From: Selaginella moellendorffii
Lineage: Eukaryota; Plantae; Lycopodiophyta
Direction of reading: 5' to 3'
Assembly: GCF_000143415.4 (NCBI RefSeq)
Contig: NW_003314273.1
Span: forward strand, 1,188,074-1,252,073
DNA: 64,000 bases
The position numbers were made by a program, and so were the translations under genes. Position 1 is the first letter of the stretch; each line of letters starts with the position of its first letter. Under the pieces are notes generated by a model that did not search any database, was not told the origin of the DNA, and saw only the letters and a list, made by a program, of their open reading frames with translations. Shown in pieces: positions 10,891-21,450 of this stretch.

Positions 10891-12822
10891 CACACGCTTG
10901 AACGTCACATCAAATCCTCTGACAAACCAGATCTTATGATTCGTCTGACAAATTTTAAACTGAGTAGCTTCTAGACTTTGCTGTCGGACGTTGAACTTTG
11001 TCACATCATGTCCTTGCCTCGATCCAGCTGTGCCATGTCAGTGATTCGAACTTTGCCATGCCATGTCAGCGATCCGCGCCAAGATTATTCGCCGTGTAAA
11101 GGAATAATTATGCTGTGTGTGTACGTCCATTTATGGCAATATAAGGCCACACGCCATTCAAAGAATAATGCTAGTCGAGCATTTTTTGGTGCATTTTTGG
11201 GTTCAAAATTGCATGAGCCCACACGCTATAAAGTTTACCTGTACCAAAAATAGAAACAGCTTTATTTACTTGGGAATTTAAGTGGTTGAGGCATTTTTAA
11301 ACTTACAAACACATGCCCTACTTACATTCCTTTGGTTGCTTAAAATTCAAAAATATTATAAACTTTTCTTTTTGCATTTTCAATGTTTTCAATTATGGTT
11401 TTTGATTTTCGCAGGACCAGCCTAGTAATCTATTTGCATCCCGTCATGTTTATAGCTAGCTTTCGTTTGTCCCCTTCGCTAGCCTGAGATACATCTGCTC
11501 GGCATCTGCCTCTTACAGCATTTGCCCAGAAAGGGCATCTTTCTTCACGCAGCATTTGCCACATGTTTAGGGTTTAGGGTTTAGCAATTCAGTAGCTTGA
11601 TAAACATGCAAATACAGAACTTGATGCAAAATCCTTTGATATGTCACAATGCCCCTAGGACCATAAACACATTTCAATAGAGAGGGTCCTTTCATTTCAT
11701 AACTCCTTACGTAGATCTTGGTGAAACCAGAGTTAGTGAAGTTAGTTTCTTGTGATCCCGCATCTGATTGTGATGTCCCTTTGCAGTGTCGATGGAAAGG
11801 TCAATGCACACCAAACTGTAAAATCTTGGAGCAAAATAACGGTCGGATCTATGGCAAATGCCCTTGAAACATTGTAAGGCTCGTGTGGTCTCATGTGGTG
11901 TCCAATCGAGATGCTTCTTTGCAGGGTCATCAAGAAAGACATTGTATACCATTCTGTAAAATCTAGTTGCGATCTAACGGCTGGATCTCCAGAAAACTCA
12001 AAAAAATCTCGCGCGTGTCAGAATATTCTAGGAATATACTCCTATGTGCCCCTTAAAATGGCATGCGGCCCCACGCCATTCAAGAGATAACGCCAGATGA
12101 CACCGAGCATTTTTTGGTGCATTTTTTGGGATCAAAATTGCATGAGCTCACACGCTTGAACGTCACATCAAATCCTCTAACAAACCAGATCTTATAATTC
12201 CTCTGACAAATTTCAAACTGAGTAGCTTCTAGACTTTGCTGTCGGACGTTGAACTTTGTCACATCATGTCCTTGCCTCGATCCAGCTGTGCCATGTCAGT
12301 GATTCGAACTTTGCCATGCCATGTCAGCGATCCGCGCCAAGATTATTCGCCGTGTAACTGCTCGGCATCTGCCTCTTACAGCATTTGCCCAGAAAGGGCA
12401 TCTTTCTTCACGCAGCATTTGCCACATATTTAGGGAGGGTTTAGGGTTTAGCAATTCAGTAGCTTGATAAACATGCAAATACAGAACTTGATGCAAAATC
12501 CTTTGATATGTCACAATGCCCCTAGGACTATAAACACATTTCAATAGAGAGGGTCCTTTCATTTCATAACTCCTTACGTAGATCTTGGTGAAACCAGAGT
12601 TAGTGAAGTTGGTTTCTTGTGATCCCACATCTGATTGTGATGTCCCTTTGCAGTGTCGATGGAAAGGTCAATGCACACCAAACTGTAAAATCTTGGAGCA
12701 AAATAACGGTCGGATCTATGGCAAATGCCCCTGAAACATTGTAAGGCTCGTGTGGTCTCATGTGGTATCCGATCGAGATGCTTCTTTGCAGGGTCATCAA
12801 GAAGGACATTGTATACCATTCT
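10891..12822 (+). repeat. Internal direct duplications in the intergenic region of the transposon
   Basis: 10891-11099 matches 12149-12357, and 11495-11955 matches 12358-12822, both near-identical. Confidence 0.9.
11566..11584 (+). promoter_or_regulatory. Short plant telomere-type repeat (telo-box-like)
   Basis: TTTAGGGTTTAGGGTTTAG; duplicated at ~12429-12451. Confidence 0.55.
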
Positions 12823-13483
12823 TTATTTAGCTGAACATCTGGCATTTTTGGAAATACAAGATGCTTTGGAATATCCAATCATGCATGGTATAAATATAGC
12901 GAGGGTATTAAATGATATCCCAATCATGATCTTTCTTTTGGATTTCGCGTGCATGCAGTCTGAGGAATGATGACGTTGCGGATTTTTTTTGGATTTCACG
13001 TGCATGCATGCGCGTGGCGATCCAGAAATTAATGGTGGCGCCCAAGTCCGAGGAATGATGACGTTGCGGGATTACCAACCGTCGTGACATTTCGCGCGTG
13101 TGAGGTTAGGTTTTGCATTTTGCTTCGTACTCGCGCTCGCATCGCGCTCCCACTCGCGATCACGCTCACATTCGCGCTCATCTACCTTCTCTACAGGTTT
13201 CTCGTGTGCATCGGCATCCACTCGCGCTTACATCACACTCGCGCTCGCATCGCACTCGTGTGCATCGGCGTCCACTTCAAGACACACCCAGTTTGTAACT
13301 TCGCCGCCAACTCTGCCGCCCACTCCGCCACCCACACGCAGCCCACTTGGCGTCCCGGGAGATTTCAGCACCACTCTCCAACTGTAAGTGGCAGAGTAGC
13401 CTTGTTGCTACGATCCACTGCACAAACAGTGCACATTCGCCAGCGAGTCCGGCCTCGATTGTCACGCCTCCATTCGGCTTCAA

Positions 13484-16400
13484 ATGGTAAGTCTTTTAGG
13501 CCAAGTAGAAAATGGCATGAGGCCACATGCCATTCAGTAGCAACATTGGCATACACCGATTGGGCTCTCGAGTGCAGTCCGGTTACAGATGGCGTGTAGC
13601 CTCACGCCATCTTAGGATGCAGCCTCAAGACATCTGATGTAGTGGTGAATAGCGTGTGGCCTCACGTTATTTCCAGCTGCTAGCTTTTCATCTGTCAGCT
13701 CTAATTGTTGTGCATTTCTGAACAGGCGAGGAATTGCGTTCTTCTTCCAGCCACTGTCAATGTGGATGCAGAGAAGGGGGAGGAGCTCACCAGTTGGACT
13801 TTCGGGATGGAAGGCGAGGATCTGAGGCTGTACAACACAGATGGTGGGAGAAAAGAATGCATGGGGATCCTCATCCAAGTGACAGACACTCCATGCAGTT
13901 CCATGCAAGAATATGGACTGGCACTTGTGGTAGAAACAGCGTCTGCCTTCAAGATCCACCTTGCACATCCTAGCGGCTTCCCGGAGGGGGGCAGCGGCTA
14001 TGAGGAATTCCTAGAGGGAGCTAGGGAGAGGTTGTCCAGGAGGCCCACAATTTCAAAGATGCTGCGGTACTATGAAGATCACATGGAATCCACGGACCTC
14101 ACCTACGGCGATGTTCAAAAACTATATTCCAACATTGAGCTGTTGAGAGTGACTCCAGTTCGCGAAGCAAAGGGGAAGGGGGTCGATCTGGAAACTACCC
14201 CGAAGCAGAAAAGGGTGGTCAAGCTCAAGCCGACGTCCGACTCTCCTGCTCCAAAAAAGAAGCTACTCGGTGATGCCATTGCCTCGGGTTCGAACACTAC
14301 ACCCACCAAAAGGAAGAGCCGCAAAGAGCAGAAAGAGCAAGAAGAGGCAGCAAAAATCGTCGCAGATAATAGTACTTGTTACTATTCCAACAAAGTATAT
14401 ACAATCGACGTGAGCCACATCGACATCCAAAGCAAATACAACCACAGGCTAGTATCTGATGAGTGGGTGGAGAAACTGAAGCAGAAGATGCTGGCAAGTC
14501 CAGTAACACCTGACATCGCAGACGTGATCCCCTACTACCGAACAATAAAGGGCGAGATGAGGTTTCCAGACTTGATCAATAGGAAGGTGTTGGACGATCA
14601 GAACATCCGGTTCTATGCCGTCTCCGGGCAGCATTCTAGCTTGGCGATACAAGAGATAGTTGTGGATATTATGGTGGGCGAGGAGGTGAAGAAAGTCTTC
14701 AAGACAAGAGTTGTCTACCTGATAAAAGGCAACTCGCCCCTCCGATCTATCATATACATCTCCCACGCGCAGAATGTCAAGCAAGAAATGTGCTACAAAT
14801 CGGGTCTGCACGAGACATTGGCACGAACATGGAAGCTCTGGGTTCAACTAAAGAAGCCACAAAAACCAGGACAAGGACGTGCACTAGCAACTAGCGCCTG
14901 GCAGGTAAGCCTCGTTGCATGTGGCATAGCATGTGGCCTCACGCTATTTCCATTGTAGGAATTCTCGAGTCTTCTCTCGAAAACACTAGGGGTCAATGAC
15001 ACACTCAGCATCCATAACATTCTACTCGTGATAAAAGTTGTTTTTGACAAATGGGTAGATGTGTTGAGGAGGTACCATGACGGGGAGTTGCTAAACTCAA
15101 TGGGTGTGGAGGACGGCCGGAAGCCCAATGATTTGAAGCTCAATGCCTTGCGTTTCTCACGGTCTTTAGATGAGGACGACCTTCTGACAGTGGCTAATGC
15201 TCTTCTACGTGGTGAGGTAGTCTTCAACAAGACCAAAATGACTCCCGGCCATATTGTGACATACGAGGACTTGTGCACGACTCTGAGAGCTCGTGCGCTA
15301 TTGAAGGATTGGATCTTCGAGCAAGTGGCCATGGAGAGGGTGAGCATTGACATCACGCAAGAGATGATGGAAGAGCTGGAGTTGTCAAATGAAGACATCG
15401 ACGAGTACGTGAAGGGGGCCCCCAAGTTCATTAATCTGCTGCGGGATGCCACGAAAAGTAAAGCTGAGAAGTTGGATCAGTATCCAAATTTCATTAAGAG
15501 GGATGTCGACCGCCGGCTTCAGAAACAGCTCGACCCCGCAGCAGAGGCCTATCGAGAACCTTACCGGGTATACGTGAATTCGGATGAGGATCATAGGTGG
15601 AGGAGCATCGTTTCCCGCGGAGATGAGCAGGTCAAGAACATCTTTTGTGTGATGGACTTCACAAACGAGGAGATCACTCATGCAGACGAAGTCAGCTCCA
15701 TCATTGATTTAATGGTGGGACTTGCGGAGGTGGAATCTTCAGTCCATTATATGATCTACGACTCCGAATCCTATCACAAGTTCTAGAAGGCCTTGAACGA
15801 GGTGAAGGCTCGGTTGAAAGGCAAGGAGATGCGGGAGATCCATGGGATAATGGCTAAGAAGAAGATACCGACGAATGTCCGCATCTTCACACTCGCCCTT
15901 GTTATTGGTCCTGCAACAGAGTGGGACTGGAGTGACTTCCCAGCTTCGTTCGACAAGGCCGATCGAATTGATCTGAGGGAGGTCAATTTACCCGTGCCTG
16001 AGGAACTGAAGACGGCTATGGAGCTTTCGAATCCAGAGAAAGCTCCAGGTGCAGCATGGGAAATGCTCAACTGGGTCTTCAACGCAATAGCGGGTGGGTC
16101 ACCTGCTTCCGACTCCAAGGGCAAATGCGTTGTCGAGTACAATTGCGGCGGACTATTCTTTCGAGCCACACTACTCAAGGGTGTCCTGTGTGTTGTGGTG
16201 ACAAACTCCATTGAAGAGGTGACTTCAATGGAGCATATAATTACAGTTGCCAAAGAAAAACAGTATCTTCTCTGCGAACCTGGTGAGTACGCACTTTAAG
16301 TTTAAATGTTATCTCACAAGCTCTGTATGCAGGAGCGTGGCCACCCCCAGATGCTGAAACGGCGTTAATAGCTACTGTTGAAGATACCCATGTTGGGCCG

Positions 16401-19400
16401 AGCTCACAACCTGCACAAGGTAAGGTCACGTGAGGCCTCATGCCATTTTGATTATAGATCGTTGTGAATATTCAGACACGAGGACTGAAAAGCGCACTAG
16501 TGGCGCGTCGAAGAAGGACAAACAGACAAGCAATAGGAAAAAAGGAGGTACAAATTATATTTGCAATGGCGTGTGGTCTTATGCCATTCCTTGCAGGAGA
16601 CACTTCTTCAAAGGCAAAACAGGCAAGCACAAGCCAAGTACAACGGACGAGAGGTACCAATCATTTTTGTTATACGTGAATTCTCATGCCATTGCTTCTT
16701 GCAGCTCAAATTCCAAAGAGATTAGGGCAAGCAGCGCAGACCTCACGACAAGAACCTGAAGGTTTGATGGCGTGTGGCCCCACGCAATTAACTAATGTTC
16801 TTGCAAATCGTGTCGAGGAAATCGAACGGAACAACGTGCCTCTAGTGGAGGAGGGGGAGGCCTCGGAGAGTGATAAGGAGAGTTCCGAAACAGGTACGAT
16901 CATGACATATGGCCCCATGCACTTATCTAAGTTTGTATTTCAGGGGAACAAGTTGAACCAATGGAAAACTTTATGAAAGGTAACTTAAAAATATTATGGG
17001 ATGTTGCATGTGTTGATGCAATAATATACAGTTCAAGTGCCAAGGAGACGTCGTGAACCTCGAATTAGGCTACCTGCAAAATAGCTTTCAGATGCTGTAG
17101 ACAAAGAGATGGATAACCAACCAGGGCAGAGGAGGAAGGGTAAAAGCATTTGTGTGCTTATTGCGTATGTCCTCATGCTATTTCTATAGAACGGGCGCAT
17201 AAGAAACGAAAGCGAAAGGGAATTGAGGAGCAGGCACCTGAGGATGCGGAAGGCACGACAGAGCCTCCAAGGACGGGAAGTAAAGCGTCATGGTTATTGC
17301 GTGGGTCCTCATGCCATTTCTTGCAGATCAAGCTCAAACTGACAGTGGTCATAAAAAGCGAAAGCACGTTGGACAGTCGTGGGGATCAGAGGCGTTTGAT
17401 TCGAAAAGGAAGAAGGGCAACGAAAAGATGATAGGTAATGCCTCGCGGTTATGGCGTGTGTGCTCATGCCATTCATTGCAGATCAAGGGCTGAGTGAAAG
17501 CAGCCAGTCACCACCTCCTGACTCAGATTCCTATGGCAGACTCCCCTTCCCCAATCTCAATGGAGAGGTACAATGGATGAGGGATGCTTTTCAAGTCAGG
17601 GCCACGTTTTTCTCATCTCATCGTCTTTGAAGGGTGCAAGAATGTGCAGAAACCATGTTAAGACAGTCGGGTGAGGATACGGTCCTAGGTCATGCACTAA
17701 AACAGGCTATGGATGTCTTGTATTTTGAGATGGAGACTCGGCCAGATGATTTTCCCAAGATGGTCCTGGAAGAACAAGCCATCCAGCCTGAGCAGCCTAT
17801 GGAAGAAATGCAGGAGGGGGATGAGGAGCCAGAGAAAGATAATGAGCAGGAAGAGCAGAAGGACGAAGAGGAGGACGAAGAGGACTTGGATGGTCCTCAC
17901 AATGGTGACGATCACAATAACGACGATGACCATGATGACGACAATGGCCAACCTGAGGTGGCCAAAGAGCAGCGGAGGAAGGTCATACAAGACAAACCAT
18001 CAGGTAAATAATAGTACATCCATTCCTAACCTTTTACCATTTCTAACATTGTCCATGTAGGTCGCAGAGCAAATGGTAAGTAGAGATTATTCAGTTGAAT
18101 TAAGATACAAACTCTAGCCTTTAGTGTCGAGGAAGGATAGTGCCAAGCAAGGGTCGAAACGTATGTCCAATCCTTCAGAATCAGCAGTGCGCCTAAGTGA
18201 TATCGGTCCTAGTTCCTCAATAGCAGTTGATGGTAAATACAATATAGTCGATTCAATATGCTAATGAGTTTGTTTTTAGTAGCACGGAAGGATACCATCT
18301 CAATCGAAGGGAGATATTTGGACATGCATATGGAACCGCCAGTGGACTCTACTTGCCTGCAAGAGTCATCAGAGCTGGTGGAGGCTACTATCCATATCAA
18401 CGCCAAGCAAGCTGACCACGCTCCACTTGATGCTGCCCATACCACTGAGTCAATCTTGTCCATGTATCCAACTGACGGTGACCAGGCGCCATTGGACCCG
18501 CATGAGGCCGCCCCAGCCGCCGAGCCGGTCGTATCCTCATTTCCAACGGACTCAACGTGTGCCCAATCGTCTGACTACGCGCCGTTGGAACCTCCCTACA
18601 CCGCCCCTGCTGCCTGTTCGATCATGTCCACTTTGCCAACGGAGGCACTAGCTGAAATGGCGTGTGATCACACGCCATCGGAACCACCCCATGCCACTGT
18701 TGAGCCAGTTGTACCAGAGTCTACAACTGAAATGGCATGTGCCCACACGCCATCGGATGCGATTGACCCCACATTGCAGATGAGAGTATTTCCGCCTTTC
18801 ACGTTTCCTTGACCAAAACCCTCTCAACGACCATCGGGAGCACCATTCGCTAATATTGTAGATGGTAAAATTGACTTGTACCATTTTTTATGCTGACACA
18901 TTTCATTTCAAAGTCACGGCGAAGGTACTGTATCGTTTTTGATCTGAACGGTGTCCTTTTCTCCCATGAGCGTGGCTCGTCCTCGAATGTCACTGCACCC
19001 TCCAAAGCATGCGGTCGCAAGTTGGTCAAAAGAGACAAATTCACATTAATCACACGGGAGAAACTGCAGGATCTAATAATGACCATGCAACACTTAAAAC
19101 AGAGGGCCGGGTTCAATTTGCAATTGGGAGTTTGGACATCCATGATGCGCCACAATGCATTAACGTTGCTACAGATGATGCACGATCAGATGTGAGTAAT
19201 ATTACCATTTGACTTTCTCCTAACGCAGGAGGATTGCTTGACTATGGTCCATGTGAGGGGTAGCAAGCCCATCTTCGTCAAGCCAGAGGCTGTAGTGATG
19301 AACCGGACTGCTAGGTCAAGTGAAATCCTCATCATCGATGACTCGTCGATTAAAACTGCAGCGAACACGCACACATATGCAGTGCACCCCATCTCTTGCA

Positions 19401-19774
19401 GTATGGAAACTAGGGAGAAGAAACCGTATGTTCTGGGGGACCTTGCAAAACGGCTTGGAGCGATGGTGATAGAGAACCGGCCAGTCCAGGAGGTGGCTGC
19501 AGAAATCAACCAAATGGCAAATGGAACGGTATATCAGAAGCCATTTGATCGGACAAACACTAGTCATCATTTATGGCATGTATATTGTCTAGCCAAGCAC
19601 TATCCGCATCTCCATAATCTGCTCAACCGGATGGGTTCTTCGACCACTGAACATGAGCGTGGACATATTAGAGAAGAGATGGCATTACTATTGGGTTTAA
19701 ATCCTAATAGTGTGGAGAGTGATGAAATTCCAAGATTATTGTATAGGTGTTGGAAGCAAAAAATAACAGTCTGA
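13484..19774 (+). pseudogene. Multi-exon transposon cargo gene (~1,750 aa): ParB/Srx-like, degenerate MTase-like, low-complexity linker, FCP1/NIF HAD-phosphatase-like
   Basis: ATG at 13484, then frame-preserving GT-AG introns: 13487-13725, 14905-14958, 16283-16332, 16420-16475, 16548-16596, 16654-16704, 16762-16806, 16894-16943, 16980-17031, 17140-17189, 17280-17326, 17435-17481, 18004-18060, 18076-18124, 18233-18279 and 18865-18911. Five in-frame stops. Two acceptors are mutated here but intact in the copy at 61176-64000. Confidence 0.8.
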
Positions 19775-20202
19775 GATGGCATGTATTTATTTAAAAATGT
19801 AACTTATTATGGCATGGGGTTCCATGCCATTGTATTAATATTAAAAGACAATTCTTTGAGAGGATTTGCATTATACTAGAAGTGTTACAGCATGTTACAA
19901 CATGTTATTGGAAGTCTACGAAGTTGTTTTATTAATAAGGGGAAAGTAAAGATTGAATGGGGACTTGGGCTCCATCTAAACTCGGAGCAACTGAGCCAAT
20001 ATTAAAAGGATGGAAAGAAATTGGACGACGATGACAAGGAGAAGAGAGAGGTGAAGCAGTGGCAGGGGGAGGAGAAGTGATTGAGTAGACATTTCCTTAT
20101 TTAAAATAAAATGGCATGTGCCTCAATGCAGTTGAATTTTGTTATATTTATATACTATATAAAGGTTTGGAAACCTTATTTTACAAGTGGGATAATGACA
20201 AT

Positions 20203-20226
20203 TCCCACTTTAACGAAATAGAGCTT
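20203..20226 (-). repeat. Right terminal inverted repeat
   Basis: TCCCACTTTAACGAAATAGAGCTT, the inverted partner of 5663-5686. Confidence 0.92.
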
Positions 20227-21450
20227 CATAAGGCCCCACGAACCTGCTTAAGGAACTCAAGATCAGTTCATTTCCAGGAATACATGCATTTTTACCTTTG
20301 GGTAAACTTTCGGCTGATCCCACTTGGTAGCCTTAGGTTCTTAGTGTTCAGCCACACCTTCTCCCCAGGTTGGAACTCTACGTCCCGACGCTTCTAGTTT
20401 GCATACTTGGTTTGCCTTTATTGAGCCCGTTCCAAGGAATCCCTCACTAGATTCCAAATGTTGAGCCTTTCCGCCATGAACGCCTTCACTGCAAGTAACT
20501 CTCCATGATACTCGGCCATGCCGAGTTTCACAAGATATTCAATAGCCTGCCCATTGATGACTTCCCATGGATTCACCCTGATACTCGAGTGTGGTGAGTT
20601 ATTATAACACATTTCCACAAATCTCAAATAACTTACCCAATCGGTCTGGTCCTTCAAGACATAGCATCACAAATAATCCTCCAATTGCCTATTCACCCTT
20701 TCTGCTTGTCCATCTATCTGTGGGTGATAGGCTGTACTGAATTTCAACTTAGTGTGATATTGTTCCAAGAGAGTTCTCCAGAACCTACTAGTGAAGATCT
20801 TATCTCGATCTGAGATAATCTCTTCTGGCCTTTCCCGCATTCGAACCACTTATTTGAATAACAACTTCACCACACCTTCGGCATCCACTTCTGTTATGGT
20901 GGGTATGAAATATGCCATCTTCGAAAATCGGTCCACCACCACAAATATTGCATCGAACCCCTCACTTGGGGGGAGTCCCATGATGAAGTCCATCGTAAGA
21001 CATTTTCACGGACGATCTGGAATTGGGATGCTTTTTAACAAGCCCCCACTAGCTTTAGTCACGGCTTTGACCTGTTGATATATTGGACATCCCTTTACAT
21101 AGTCTTGGACGTCCTTAGCCATATCTGGCTAGTGATACTTCCTCTTATGTAAGCCCATCATCTTGGGCACTCCACCGTGTCCCGCAAGAGGTCCATCATA
21201 ACACTCTTCTAAGGCTACCTTCCTTAGTTCCCCTTCTGGAACATACACCCTTGTTTGTTTATAATAGATGAGTCCATTGTGTTCTGCATAGCTTGTTTTC
21301 TCTTCCATTGGCAGCTCACCTCTTTGGTGAGCTTCTCGCGCCTCCAGGTTCATCAGCAACACTGCTTATGCTAGACCATTATTCTCATACACTGTCTGCA
21401 CATCATCCCAAAAGGTTGCTATCGTGCTGGATATCACCAGCTTTAAGCTT
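20227..21450 (-). pseudogene. Gypsy integrase remnant (family A)
   Basis: ECYDGPLAGHGG; IISDRDKIFTSRFW; STAYHPQIDGQAERVNRQLEDYL. Confidence 0.9.

Larger units (their letters stand above)
5890..20131. repeat. Dispersed 20-bp palindrome TGGCRTG-N6-CAYGCCA, ~30 copies
   Basis: Copies start at 6206, 6296, 6896, 7056, 7202, 10158, 10228, 10264, 10533, 10631, 11209, 12059, 13513, 13590, 13650, 14927, 16426, 16567, 16672, 16768, 17161, 17297, 17452, 18658, 18733 and 19810, with further degenerate copies. Confidence 0.93.
5663..20226. mobile_element. Giant (14.6-kb) TIR DNA transposon with Sola-like transposase and a cargo gene
   Basis: 24-bp TIRs with 1 mismatch, flanked by a CATA duplication (5659-5662, 20227-20230). 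The joined flanks align colinearly with an uninterrupted family-A copy at ~59275-59313. Confidence 0.92.

Noticed and set aside
13084-13599. 171-aa ORF upstream of the cargo gene
   Set aside because: It derives from GC-rich micro-repeats and runs through the predicted first intron; it is more likely promoter/5' UTR.
19192-19231. Intron explaining the TGA inside the HAD domain
   Set aside because: The candidate GT-AG pairs (37 or 40 nt) break the frame and would remove the family-like FDFLLTQEDC segment. A nonsense mutation is simpler.
5890-20131. CRISPR-like or integron-like array interpretation of the spaced palindromes
   Set aside because: Spacing is irregular, the 'spacers' are exons or intergenic DNA, no cas or integrase genes are present, and the context is eukaryotic.
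5664-20225. Polinton/Maverick, suggested by size, AG...CT ends and a possible 6-bp TSD
   Set aside because: No pPolB, retroviral-type integrase, packaging ATPase or capsid motifs were seen. The TIRs are only ~24 bp and the transposase is of a different type.
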